Below are positions 38,171 to 47,822 of a DNA stretch of 64,000 nt, piece by piece. The position numbers and the translations under genes are program-made. The DNA is from a virus: the IMG/VR virus record IMGVR_UViG_3300023184_000045, positions 32,001 through 96,000 of that record, one strand, 5' to 3'. Under the pieces are notes generated by a model, which worked only from the letters and a program-made list of their open reading frames with translations, was not told where the DNA came from and searched no databases. Within the stretch, counting starts at the first letter, position 1. Every line of letters begins with the position of its first letter.

Positions 38171-38557
38171 TTAACAGTCGTTAACAATACTGTAGCCAAC
38201 TAACTCGCCGTCCCAAACACGAACACTAGTTAGACCAGTTGTTGCATTAATTGCATCTTCTAGTAGACTGTTACGTAGCTGATCGGCTGCTGCACGGTTT
38301 GAGGGAAACGGTGCTGTTTCTGCACTGGCAATAACTGTAAACCAATGATTATCTGGCTTACCAATTCCGTACAATTCAATGCTTTGTTGCAATCCTCTAA
38401 TAGCTTTTGAGTACAAACTATTTGGTAATAGATAGTTGGTTTCTACATCTTGCTGCATATCAACTTGAAAAAACGCTAGATTGCGAGTTCCCATAGTTGT
38501 TGTTGGTTGTGTTTTCTGATAATTAACTGCTAAGTCTGTTCCGGTTAAATCTGCCAT
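38171..38557 (-). CDS. Small probable virion (possibly head-accessory) protein
   Basis: 128-aa ORF next to the capsid gene, with SD AAGGAG, TAAATA at 38584-38589 and its own terminator. Confidence 0.6.
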   Translation of the reverse strand: MADLTGTDLAVNYQKTQPTTTMGTRNLAFFQVDMQQDVETNYLLPNSLYSKAIRGLQQSIELYGIGKPDNHWFTVIASAETAPFPSNRAAADQLRNSLLEDAINATTGLTSVRVWDGELVGYSIVNDC

Positions 38558-38620
38558 ATTGGCTCCTTTTAATTTAGTAATAATATTTATCTGAATTTAA
38601 TAATTTATTATTGGTTAGCC

Positions 38621-38646
38621 AACAAAAAAGGCTCCGAAGAGCCTTT
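38621..38646 (-). terminator. Intrinsic terminator with a C(UUCG)G tetraloop after the capsid gene
   Basis: Minus strand AAAGGCUC-UUCG-GAGCCUUU-UUU, the classic T4-type terminator. Confidence 0.9.
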
Positions 38647-38689
38647 AATGTAACTTCCCATCCCAAAGGTAAAAAGTTTGGTTCTACTA

Positions 38690-39868
38690 TTAATAGAACG
38701 ATAAGTTTTGTACAGCAATCTCAGAAACGTAGTCGCCTGCGTTGCCTAAAGAACTTGCTGTGTTGGTCAACTCAACATAACCATAACGTGTCATGAAGCC
38801 AACTACTGGTTCAAAAGTAGATGGATCCAACACAACACCACTGCTCATTAATGGAACATATGGGCAATAAAATGCTGCTGCATCAGCTTCGCTGGAACCT
38901 TTGTATCCAACTAGAACTGGCTTAGCGTCGTCAGCATAAGAGTCAACGAAAATACGCATTGCGCCATTTAATGTACCAACAAACTTGGTGTTTGTAGGAG
39001 CTTCAAATGTACCTTCAGTAGTGCGAGCAAAAGCCGAAGTAGTTGCAGACTGTAGCACAGTTAGTGCTGCAGGAGAAACAACTGCCCAGTTAGCAGCGCC
39101 ACGACGTGTACGTTGAGCAATCAAGTTAGCTGCGCGGTTAATCAATACTGCTAGTGCAGCATGCTCGTCACCAACGAAGGTAGCTGTGCCAGATACGGCA
39201 GCTTGGTTATAATAGAGTTCAGTTGCGGCCAAAGCACGTAATGAACCTAAAACTTCCTGATCAATCTCAACTGTAATTTCTTGTGCTAGTGCAGCCATGA
39301 TTTCTGCCTCAACATCCAAACCGTGCATGGCTTGAGCGTCTTGAGCAGCTTCAAATGTCCAACGAGCAGATAGCTTACGAGTACGAGCCTCAACTACTTG
39401 CTTCAAGATTTGAACATTGATCTTACGACCTGGTTCGCCTTCAAGCGACGCAGTGGAAGATGCTTTACCAGTACCAGCATTGCCAGAATAAGCATTAGCA
39501 ATCTTGAACGGGCTCAATGCTTCGTCACCGGCTGCGGTGTCAGTGTTGTAACCGCTGGTGTCATTCATTGTTTCTGCATAACGTACACGTAGAGTGTGGA
39601 TCTGTGCAACAGGTCCGGTCATTGGCTGAACACCAACAATTTCGTTAGCAATAACAGTAGGCATTACACGACGGATAACTGGAAGAATCACACGGTTAAG
39701 TGTAGACATGTTTCCAGATGTTGTTGAACCAGCAGTTACCGATTCAGCCAATTGGCGACGTGTGTTTTCTAGGATGATTCCCATTGTTGTGCGGCGTGGG
39801 CCTTGTAAGCCTTCAAGCAGGGCATCTTTAGTCTCGCCCCAACGGCCTTCTAATAGTTCTTGTGTCAT
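38690..39868 (-). CDS. g23: Major capsid protein (T4 gp23 family)
   Basis: RRVMPTVIANEIVGVQPMTGPVAQIHTLR, RKLSARWTFEAAQD, EITVEIDQE, FYCPYVPL, GFMTRYG. Confidence 0.97.
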   Translation of the reverse strand: MTQELLEGRWGETKDALLEGLQGPRRTTMGIILENTRRQLAESVTAGSTTSGNMSTLNRVILPVIRRVMPTVIANEIVGVQPMTGPVAQIHTLRVRYAETMNDTSGYNTDTAAGDEALSPFKIANAYSGNAGTGKASSTASLEGEPGRKINVQILKQVVEARTRKLSARWTFEAAQDAQAMHGLDVEAEIMAALAQEITVEIDQEVLGSLRALAATELYYNQAAVSGTATFVGDEHAALAVLINRAANLIAQRTRRGAANWAVVSPAALTVLQSATTSAFARTTEGTFEAPTNTKFVGTLNGAMRIFVDSYADDAKPVLVGYKGSSEADAAAFYCPYVPLMSSGVVLDPSTFEPVVGFMTRYGYVELTNTASSLGNAGDYVSEIAVQNLSFY

Positions 39869-39895
39869 TTTTCTTTCCTTTAAGGTTTAACTATA

Positions 39896-40990
39896 TTATT
39901 TTAACCCTGCCAACCGACGTAGTTCAACAACATTAGTGTTAACTTGAACCGGCGTTTTAGCAGTTTTATCTCCAGTTACTGCAACATGGCCTTCGTTAAG
40001 AGTAGTCGAAGACTTCTCTTTTGTAGGACCAGATGTCAGTACTGCTGGAAGATACTTATCAAATGCATTCTTCAATTTATCAGTCTGCACGTTTTCAAGA
40101 AGCTCACGCATTACTGTTTGCTTCTCGCGGGTAAGAGTACCCAATAATCCAGAAATTACTTCCTTACGATTAATACTCTCTTTAATCACGCGAATTTCGC
40201 GATCTTTTGATTCAACAATTTGTTGCGCGTCGGTTGCGACTTTGGAAGTCTCATTGATTTGCTTTTGCTGATGATTAATAATCTGTTTTAGTTTTTGCAA
40301 TTCACGATTTTCATTAAGGTGAGTTAACGAAAATTCTCCGGCAAAAGCTTCGAAAATACGACGACCAAACATGTTCTCGCGAGCAAGTTGAATGTCTTCC
40401 TTGAGTTGTGTTAGTTCTGCACCTAGTTTAGTGGATACCGATTCTTTAACAAGTTGTGCGCTGCTGGCAATAAAACGATGTTGTAGATCACTAATTTTTC
40501 TCTTGGCTTCAGCAACCAATTTAACTTTAGTTTCAACTACAGCTTGTTTGTCTTGTGCAAATTCTCTAATTTCATTTGTTAGTGCTTTAACAATGAACTG
40601 TTCGAGACGGCGATAGTTTTCCAATTGGATCTTACGGTCTTTGTGCAGCTCTTTAATTTCTTCAGCTAGTTTAGTAGCCATGAAATTATTAAATCTGCCC
40701 GCACTTTCCATCATGTGGTTTTTAACACGCACACGATCTTCAACTACAGCTTGCTTCTCACCAACAAATTCTTCAATTTCTTTGGCAAGACTTTCAGTAA
40801 CCATTTTGTCTAGAGCTTCGACCATTACTTGTTTGTCATGATTGTAGCGGCTAGCCATTTCTTCGCGCAATTCAGCACGAATACTTTCACGGGCTTCATT
40901 TAACTTAGTTTCCCAAGCTTCATTGATAGCTGTGCGAGTTTCCTCGTTAACAATGCCACTATCTAATAATGGTTTGATAGCATCAAACAT
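39896..40990 (-). CDS. g22: Prohead scaffold/core protein (gp22-like)
   Basis: Coiled-coil acidic protein between the protease and capsid genes, ending ELRRLAGLK. Confidence 0.85.
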   Translation of the reverse strand: MFDAIKPLLDSGIVNEETRTAINEAWETKLNEARESIRAELREEMASRYNHDKQVMVEALDKMVTESLAKEIEEFVGEKQAVVEDRVRVKNHMMESAGRFNNFMATKLAEEIKELHKDRKIQLENYRRLEQFIVKALTNEIREFAQDKQAVVETKVKLVAEAKRKISDLQHRFIASSAQLVKESVSTKLGAELTQLKEDIQLARENMFGRRIFEAFAGEFSLTHLNENRELQKLKQIINHQQKQINETSKVATDAQQIVESKDREIRVIKESINRKEVISGLLGTLTREKQTVMRELLENVQTDKLKNAFDKYLPAVLTSGPTKEKSSTTLNEGHVAVTGDKTAKTPVQVNTNVVELRRLAGLK

Positions 40991-41002
40991 AATAGCTTTC
41001 TC

Positions 41003-41638
41003 CTATAATTTTAAGTCTTTGATCAAGCGAGTTACCTGCTCTTTCAAATACTTCTGCACTTTTTTGTCGTCCTGAGCATCACGAGCTATTTCTAGCGCCT
41101 TGTGCCCATGTTTCATATTAAACAAACCTTCATAGATGGCTGTTGGATATGCATGTGGCGCACTAGGTTGTGCTACAATGTCAACTGTGACTATCTCGAA
41201 TTCACTGACGTGCCCAGTGCCTTCGCTGACGTTACCGCTACCGCGGCTTGAAACACCCAATTTAACACCACTTTCTAACATGGTTCGGACTAACTGTCCC
41301 ATAGGTGTTGGTAGAATCTTTAGCTTGCCGCAGCCTGCAGGTCCGTCCATCCACATTTGTTCAATCATGTGGCTAACACGGTCCAGATTAATTTTTAAAT
41401 CATCTGGGTGGTCTACTTCGCCCAAGACGCTGTAGCCACCTTTGATTTGTTCATTAATCTCTGACACTGCTTTGGTAATTTCATTAACAGGATAAATGCG
41501 CTCGTTTAGATTTCTTACGCCGCCTTCAATGAAAATACCTTTCATGTAGCACTCTTTGACTGAGCCAGACTTGCTATCCTCGTAGAGGACTTCCATGCCA
41601 GCACGGTCAAAGGTAAGATTTTCTTTTAAATAAGCCAT
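41003..41638 (-). CDS. g21: Prohead protease (gp21-like)
   Basis: GIFIEGGVRNLNERIYP, GEVDHP, LGVSSRGSG, DIVAQPSAPHA. Confidence 0.95.
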   Translation of the reverse strand: MAYLKENLTFDRAGMEVLYEDSKSGSVKECYMKGIFIEGGVRNLNERIYPVNEITKAVSEINEQIKGGYSVLGEVDHPDDLKINLDRVSHMIEQMWMDGPAGCGKLKILPTPMGQLVRTMLESGVKLGVSSRGSGNVSEGTGHVSEFEIVTVDIVAQPSAPHAYPTAIYEGLFNMKHGHKALEIARDAQDDKKVQKYLKEQVTRLIKDLKL

Positions 41639-41648
41639 TATATACCAA

Positions 41649-42593
41649 TTAACGAGTTGTCTTACGTACTGCTCTACGTGACTCAGCTACTACGCTAGAC
41701 TTAACAACTGGAACCGATCCATCAGTGGTTTGTCCTTCTTTGCCATGATTCTTTTCATAGCTGGTTTCTTTACCGTTGTAGAACTTGTCAGCACCTTTGC
41801 CACCCGGTACATTAACTTGGCGCTTAGTAACGTCAATTTGACCAGAGTTTTTGCTGTATTCGTTCTTTGGCATAGAATAAGCACGACCTTCAGGAGCCGA
41901 TTCAGATCCACCTTTAACAATATTGCCGGATGTTCCGCCCATATTGTTCTTAGGTTGATTTAGGCTTTTAGAGTTAATTGGCGCACTACCGTCGTTGCCA
42001 ACTAGTTTACCTTCTGGTGCGCTTTTCTTTTCAGCGCCGTGACCATCTTTAACTGGAATAACATATTCCATTAGTTCGTCGGTGTCCATCATGCTGTGCT
42101 CGTCGCCGCCCATGCCACCCATGTCGTGCATACTAACATCGCCATGAATGCCTGGCTCGCCGTGTTCTTCGTTTTCTTCGCCGGCTACGATTCGATCAAA
42201 TTTAGCACTTAAAGCATCTAATTCTGCTTCTAGGTCCATAACGCGGTCAGACAATTCTTGCTCGCCGCCCATTTCGCCGTCCATTTCACTGCCGCCTTCT
42301 TCGTGCTCTGCGCCTTCTTCTTCGTCGCTTTCGCCTTCTTCGTGCTCTGCGCCTTCTTCGTCATTGCCAAATGGATTTTCTTCCTCTTCTTCGTGCATAC
42401 CGTGTTCGTCATCAGAAATTTCGTCAACTAAGTTGTCAACTCCGCTTCCAGATTGTTGAATAGCTGGCTCTTCGTCAATTAAGTTTTCATAGATTGATCT
42501 TGATTTCTCAACAACGATTTGATGAAAAAGCTCACGTGCTTTATCTTCTTGCTCATTGATGATATATTCAATTAACTTTTCAAATTGGTTCAT
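41649..42593 (-). CDS. Acidic prohead core protein (gp67/68-like position)
   Basis: Glu-rich low-complexity N-half with a 39-nt internal duplication (EEGAEHEEG), located between the portal and protease genes; TAAATA at 42629-42634. Confidence 0.6.
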   Translation of the reverse strand: MNQFEKLIEYIINEQEDKARELFHQIVVEKSRSIYENLIDEEPAIQQSGSGVDNLVDEISDDEHGMHEEEEENPFGNDEEGAEHEEGESDEEEGAEHEEGGSEMDGEMGGEQELSDRVMDLEAELDALSAKFDRIVAGEENEEHGEPGIHGDVSMHDMGGMGGDEHSMMDTDELMEYVIPVKDGHGAEKKSAPEGKLVGNDGSAPINSKSLNQPKNNMGGTSGNIVKGGSESAPEGRAYSMPKNEYSKNSGQIDVTKRQVNVPGGKGADKFYNGKETSYEKNHGKEGQTTDGSVPVVKSSVVAESRRAVRKTTR

Positions 42594-42691
42594 AGGAATC
42601 TCCTTGTAATTATGTATTCGCTTAATGATATTTACATAATATTACAATATTATGCATTAAATGGTGGTTTTTTGAATGATTTCAACTATTT

Positions 42692-42919
42692 TTACATAGG
42701 TGGCACGCCAGTTGCTGGCGGCTTGAATTGTTTTGCTACATCTTCAACTTCTTTTTGACGTTCAAATGTACGCAGGTCATTCATAATTCTGAGTCGTTTA
42801 ATCTGCATTAAAGTAAGCCTGCTTTTGCGGGTGTCAGTCATCTTTTTGATGCTATTATCATCATTTTCCGAACTGTAACCTTCGGCCCGATTAGTACTAA
42901 AAAATTCAGTTATAAACAT
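42692..42919 (-). CDS. Small conserved head-module protein
   Basis: 75 aa containing DTRKSRLTLMQIKRLRIMND; TAAATA (42926-42931) lies 6 nt upstream of the ATG. Confidence 0.65.
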   Translation of the reverse strand: MFITEFFSTNRAEGYSSENDDNSIKKMTDTRKSRLTLMQIKRLRIMNDLRTFERQKEVEDVAKQFKPPATGVPPM

Positions 42920-42945
42920 ATAGAATATTTACCAAAAATAACAAA

Positions 42946-44691
42946 TTACATTACGCCTGGCATGTTGGGCATTGGTGCTCCGCCGCCAGGCATTGGTGCT
43001 GCTCCTACACCAGGTGCTCCAGGCATGCTGCCGGCTGCTCCAGGCATACCACCTTCCATGCCAGGCATGGCGCCGTCCAGTCCAGGTAGTGCATTTGCTG
43101 TATCCAAATCGCCGCTGATTGCACCGGGTGTAATACCCACACTGCGCAATCCAACTGCGTTTTCGTTATCTGCTGTTTTGGTTTCGCCTTGCTCTTCAAG
43201 CCAGGCTTGTTCGTTTTCGCTCATTTCTTGCTCAGTTAGTCCTAAGTAGCGTTTCATTAAGAAACGTTTGCTAAAGTAAGGAAACTGCTCTAGCTGCCCG
43301 TAAGTATTAATACGTGCTGCATCCACTTCAGTTTGGCGATATTGTGCAAAGTTTTGCGGCTCATTGAGCTCTAATGTAAACAATTGACTGTCTATGTTAA
43401 TGCCTCTCCAACGCATGAACATTTTAAATTCTTTGTCTAACGTGCCAGAAATCATGTTCTGTAGTCTGATACAATAGCGGTTAAATCTCCACTCTTGAAT
43501 TAGTGCAGTACCAACACGCCCATCTGTAATAGATGCAGTGCCGTCGTCTGCGCCTGTGGGCAAATAGCTGCTGGGAATACGTAGTCCACGGAACAACTTG
43601 TTGGTAAAGAAACGCAAGTCTGTGATCTCGCCCAAGTTCTGTCCGCCTTGCAATACTTCAACTTTGCTGCCGCGACCTTCTGCTGTTTGCGGAAAGAAGA
43701 AGTCTTCGTTGGTAGAAATAGGATTGTATGTAGCATCCATCATGTTGGCGCCGCCGCCAGTTTGACTAGGAATACGACGCTGTTGGATTTCGTTTTTAAC
43801 ACGCTCAACAAAGGCCATGGCCATGTGGCTGGGCATGTTGCCAACGTCTACGTAAAATGCTCTGCGCTCTGGCGCACGTTGCACACGATAGATAATAATA
43901 GCATCTTCAATTAGTTCTTTTTGCTTGAACACCTTAAAGATATTTTCCAACACGCTGTTACCAAAAGGCCAGTTAATGTCCAAGCCTTCTGTTAGGCTCA
44001 AATGCACTATGTGTTCAGCATTGATTGCAGCTTCGTTCTGTGCATTGGTAAATCTACTACCGCCAGAAAATGGGGTTGCTGGTTGCACATAAGATCCATT
44101 CGATGCGCCCGACTGCGGGTGGCTCATGTATGCATCTGTTGTGCTAACTGCTGTCACAGTTAGATTTTTAAAGTTGGGCTGTATTTCTCTAAGCACGTAT
44201 TGCTCAGGTTCTTTGCCTTCGGACTCATTGACAATGACCTTGACAACTTTATTCATTTCAACCCACATGAGTTTAAATGTTTCTGGATCACGTACAAAAA
44301 CTTGATCTCCATACTTTAACGTATTTCTAACTATTTTAAAGATACGTTTGTTTAATTCGTTCAAGGTAACCCACTGCTGTAACTGTTCCTTGATCAAGTC
44401 AACTTCAGTATCAGTTGGTTTTTCTTTGTAATTCAATTTAAATGGTAAGCTGGTTGTTTCATCAGGTTGGCTGCTGAATTCAGCAAGAATATCCAATGCT
44501 GCGTTGATTTCCGAGTCTTGATCCATCTGCTCATATTGATTGTAACGCTCAATACGGTTGGGATGACCAACATAAACTTCGGGCAAGTTACTTTGATAAT
44601 TTCTATAGCTAGGGCTGCCTTGGGCCGCGCCGTTAGGAACGGGACTGAGCATAGCAGGGTTAGGGGATTTAAAGTATTTTTTCCAGGCCAT
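42946..44691 (-). CDS. g20: Portal protein (T4 gp20 family)
   Basis: YEQMDQDSEINAALD, LIEDAIIIYRVQRAPERRAFYVDVGNMP, EDFFFPQTAEGRGSKVEVLQGGQNLGEITDLRFF; TAAATA at 44716-44721. Confidence 0.97.
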   Translation of the reverse strand: MAWKKYFKSPNPAMLSPVPNGAAQGSPSYRNYQSNLPEVYVGHPNRIERYNQYEQMDQDSEINAALDILAEFSSQPDETTSLPFKLNYKEKPTDTEVDLIKEQLQQWVTLNELNKRIFKIVRNTLKYGDQVFVRDPETFKLMWVEMNKVVKVIVNESEGKEPEQYVLREIQPNFKNLTVTAVSTTDAYMSHPQSGASNGSYVQPATPFSGGSRFTNAQNEAAINAEHIVHLSLTEGLDINWPFGNSVLENIFKVFKQKELIEDAIIIYRVQRAPERRAFYVDVGNMPSHMAMAFVERVKNEIQQRRIPSQTGGGANMMDATYNPISTNEDFFFPQTAEGRGSKVEVLQGGQNLGEITDLRFFTNKLFRGLRIPSSYLPTGADDGTASITDGRVGTALIQEWRFNRYCIRLQNMISGTLDKEFKMFMRWRGINIDSQLFTLELNEPQNFAQYRQTEVDAARINTYGQLEQFPYFSKRFLMKRYLGLTEQEMSENEQAWLEEQGETKTADNENAVGLRSVGITPGAISGDLDTANALPGLDGAMPGMEGGMPGAAGSMPGAPGVGAAPMPGGGAPMPNMPGVM

Positions 44692-44745
44692 TATAATGAA
44701 TCTCTCTATTAGCTATATTTATCGTTCGTAATTTACCATTGCGCA

Positions 44746-47700
44746 TTAATAACTATTTTGCAACAGCGACCGTGTATAGTCTTTGTTTTCGGACATTAGA
44801 CTAATCAAGTTATCAGTTTTGGTCATATGCTCTTGCATTGAATCCAATTGTTTAGTTAATACATCATATAATTTTGATTGATCCATATTAGCAGTCTGAG
44901 TTGGTTGTTCAGATTTTACTTCTTTGGGTCCCGGCACAGCCTGAACTTTATTACTTTCTGTAATTGCATTTAACAGTCTAGTGTAGGTGTTTGACAATTC
45001 AGAATTTGTTAAATTCTGCTGCTGTGCTTGTCCAATTGATTTCAAATTTGAATTTACAGCATCAGCAAAATCTTTGTTAGTGGCATTTTGAATTGCTAAT
45101 GTGTTGCTGACTATTCCACCAAACATTGTTGTTTCTTCTATTGCACGTTGTATTTGTTGACTAGTAGTGTCATTGTTTTTGTCTTGATCTGTTGTTAGCG
45201 ACGTAGACAAATTGCTAATCATATTATTAGCAGTATCAGTAAATTGCGTAAACAAAGACTTAATTGCTCCCGGATCAAATGCAGTCTTATTAGCAGTATC
45301 AATAAATTGCGTAAACAAAGACTTAATTGACTCTGGGTCAGATTCTGATTTCTGGCCTGCAAAACCTGTTATAATTGATTTTATATCAGATCCAAAACCA
45401 GTTAGCATATTGCTAAACTGCGGAACTAAATTGTCTAACCCGGGTGGCATTGTCGATTCAACTTTAATGCTAACATCTTTTTCTAATACATCTGATAGTT
45501 TGCTTGCTGCACCCAGTACAGAATTTTGCAACATTGTTCCAGTTGTTGTTAAACTATCAATGAAATCTTTCATTGGTGTTTGAGTTTGTGTATTTGTGTT
45601 TGTATCTGCTGTTATAGATACAGTAGGAGTAGCTATTAATCCAGCATTGTATTCGGCAGTTTCTTTAGGGTTTAGTACACGTTCCCCAGCATGCACTAAT
45701 AAGACTCTAGTGCTAGGTTCAACTGCTGCGCCGTAGTGCTTGCCTGTACCATCTAGTCTAGTATTTTTAGGGCTAGAAAAGAACTCAGTAATTCCAGCAA
45801 TAAGTGCGCCAACTACACCGCCGCCTACGGCGCCAACTACACCGCCGCCTACGGTACCAACAACCGGTAATGCAAATGATGATGCTGTAGCAAGAGCTGG
45901 CGCACCTATTGATGCGCCAGTAACGGCTCCACTTGCAGCAGCAGTAGCAACCCTTAGTGTTTTATCCCACATGCCTTCAGCTTTGGCTGAAGCTTCTCCA
46001 GGTTTGATTTTAGCTATTTGATCTGCAATGTCAGAAAATGTTTTAGATATTTCTTCTAACATTTTTTCTGTTACTTTAGAATACCCAGCAATCAGCGGAT
46101 CCATGGCTTTTTGTAGCTTTAGTGCCATGTCTTGCGCAGCCACAGTGGCTTTAGTTAAAGATTCTGTTAACGGATCAGTTGTTACTTGTTGGTTTTTAAT
46201 TTGAGCAGCAACATTTCCAACTGCGTCAGCTGTGACTTTTCCATTTAAATTCAAAGCGTCTAGGCCAGCTTTAGCAACGCCAGACACAGAATCAACTCCA
46301 TTATATGCTGCAAGAGCTAAATCTTTAGATCCCAAAACACTATTGTTTATAGTGTCTCTAAACTTTATTGTAGTTTGGTTTACTGTTGTAACATTTAAAT
46401 TATTATCATCTAATAGCCGTTTTAACGTTTCACCTTTTTCTCTCATGCCAGCAAATTGTGCCTCGGCAATCGCACCATCTTTGTTAACTACTTGTCCATA
46501 AATTACACGATCTCTAAGATTTTTTGCGTCCTGGGCGGTCATTGCTGCCATTGCTGTTTCTAGTTGTGCTCGCTGCTCTGGCGATCGTCTTGACATTTCT
46601 TGTTGGAAAGCCAGTATTTGATTTTCAGCAGCTACTGCTTCTATTCTTTTCTTAGCATCTTCGCCGGTTAGTGCAGCAATGGTTCTGAGATTTTCTGCAT
46701 ATTTCTTTGTTTGTTCTGCAACCTGAGTGTCTGATGCCAAAAACGGTTTACCAGACACACCCTTCATTCGTTGCATAGTTTCTGCAACTAAATCCGCTTG
46801 TTCCTCAAATCCAAATCCCAATTTAAGCAATTGTGTTTGCATCTCTTTGCCGCCACGGGCCAAGACTCCGCCGATTCTTCTTGACCCTTCGCCGACTCCC
46901 ATACCAAGTTGGGATAAATTTCCAGACTGTCTACTAATTACGTCAGAGAACTGATTAACTGTTAGTCCTGCTGCTGTTGACGCTGTACGCATTCCTTGCA
47001 CACCATCAGCAAATAATGCACCAGCTGTATTAGTTTTCTGAAATGCTTCAACAGATTTTTTTACTTCGGTACTTAGGACTTCAATTCCAAATTTAGCAAG
47101 TTTACTGCCTTCTTGCCCAATGAAACCTAACGCTGTCCCAGCAACAGTTGCTGCAAGCCCCAGCCCCCGAAGCTTTGGATTAGTTGAATGTTGTAGGACA
47201 GAACCCAATCCTGTGGCAGCACCACTTGCAGCACTCATACCTGCGCCAGCTACATCTACCGCAGCAGACATTGCGCCAGCTGCTAAATCAACACTACTTG
47301 CGCCGCTTTGTAATCCTTTAACAAACTGCCCTGTTCCCCCAGCAAAGGCTTGTCCCATTTGAACAGTGGCTTTTATTGCGCCTAATGTAAAATTACCTAG
47401 TGCAGCTTGTGCATTATGCGATGCAGCAGCTTCTCTTACCCGAGCTTTTTCTTGTATTAATAAATCTCTAGTAACTATGTCGTGGGCATCGCTAGCTTGC
47501 CCAATGGCTTTTTCTAACTCTTCAAGTTTGTCTGTTACATCTGCATACGTTTGGGCTGTATTAGTTAATACAGATTTAAATAGCTTTTGGCTAGCAGTAG
47601 ATTTTTTAAGTTCGCTAGAAAAATTTAACAAGCTTCTACGCACTTCGTCTTGTCTTTTTGCGTCTTCTTCGCCGGCTCTGCTTGTAATGTTACGACTCAA

Positions 47701-47757
47701 AGCTTCGGCTAATGCATCGCCTATGCCTGTATAATCGTCGCGATCTAATGCTGCCAT
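44746..47757 (-). CDS. Tail tape measure protein
   Basis: 1,003-aa Ala/Gly-rich helical protein with a hydrophobic GAxxGA tract, an LLVHAGERVLNP motif and a 63-nt internal duplication at 45227/45290; lies beside the chaperone-like gene. Confidence 0.75.
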   Translation of the reverse strand: MAALDRDDYTGIGDALAEALSRNITSRAGEEDAKRQDEVRRSLLNFSSELKKSTASQKLFKSVLTNTAQTYADVTDKLEELEKAIGQASDAHDIVTRDLLIQEKARVREAAASHNAQAALGNFTLGAIKATVQMGQAFAGGTGQFVKGLQSGASSVDLAAGAMSAAVDVAGAGMSAASGAATGLGSVLQHSTNPKLRGLGLAATVAGTALGFIGQEGSKLAKFGIEVLSTEVKKSVEAFQKTNTAGALFADGVQGMRTASTAAGLTVNQFSDVISRQSGNLSQLGMGVGEGSRRIGGVLARGGKEMQTQLLKLGFGFEEQADLVAETMQRMKGVSGKPFLASDTQVAEQTKKYAENLRTIAALTGEDAKKRIEAVAAENQILAFQQEMSRRSPEQRAQLETAMAAMTAQDAKNLRDRVIYGQVVNKDGAIAEAQFAGMREKGETLKRLLDDNNLNVTTVNQTTIKFRDTINNSVLGSKDLALAAYNGVDSVSGVAKAGLDALNLNGKVTADAVGNVAAQIKNQQVTTDPLTESLTKATVAAQDMALKLQKAMDPLIAGYSKVTEKMLEEISKTFSDIADQIAKIKPGEASAKAEGMWDKTLRVATAAASGAVTGASIGAPALATASSFALPVVGTVGGGVVGAVGGGVVGALIAGITEFFSSPKNTRLDGTGKHYGAAVEPSTRVLLVHAGERVLNPKETAEYNAGLIATPTVSITADTNTNTQTQTPMKDFIDSLTTTGTMLQNSVLGAASKLSDVLEKDVSIKVESTMPPGLDNLVPQFSNMLTGFGSDIKSIITGFAGQKSESDPESIKSLFTQFIDTANKTAFDPGAIKSLFTQFTDTANNMISNLSTSLTTDQDKNNDTTSQQIQRAIEETTMFGGIVSNTLAIQNATNKDFADAVNSNLKSIGQAQQQNLTNSELSNTYTRLLNAITESNKVQAVPGPKEVKSEQPTQTANMDQSKLYDVLTKQLDSMQEHMTKTDNLISLMSENKDYTRSLLQNSY

Positions 47758-47780
47758 TTATTTCTTCCAAAAAATATGTA

Positions 47781-47810
47781 TATAAATACAAATGCTCACT
47801 TATATTTATA
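47781..47810. promoter_or_regulatory. Two face-to-face full-consensus late promoters TATAAATA (+ 47781-47788; - 47803-47810)
   Basis: Exact T4 late consensus on both strands in the 65-nt gap between the tape measure and gp26-like genes. Confidence 0.75.
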
Positions 47811-47822
47811 GGATTTCAAATA

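Noticed and set aside
47712-47822. N-terminal extension of the gp26-like ORF in the track
   Set aside because: Overlaps the tape measure start and both promoters; family similarity and an SD begin at ATG 47823.
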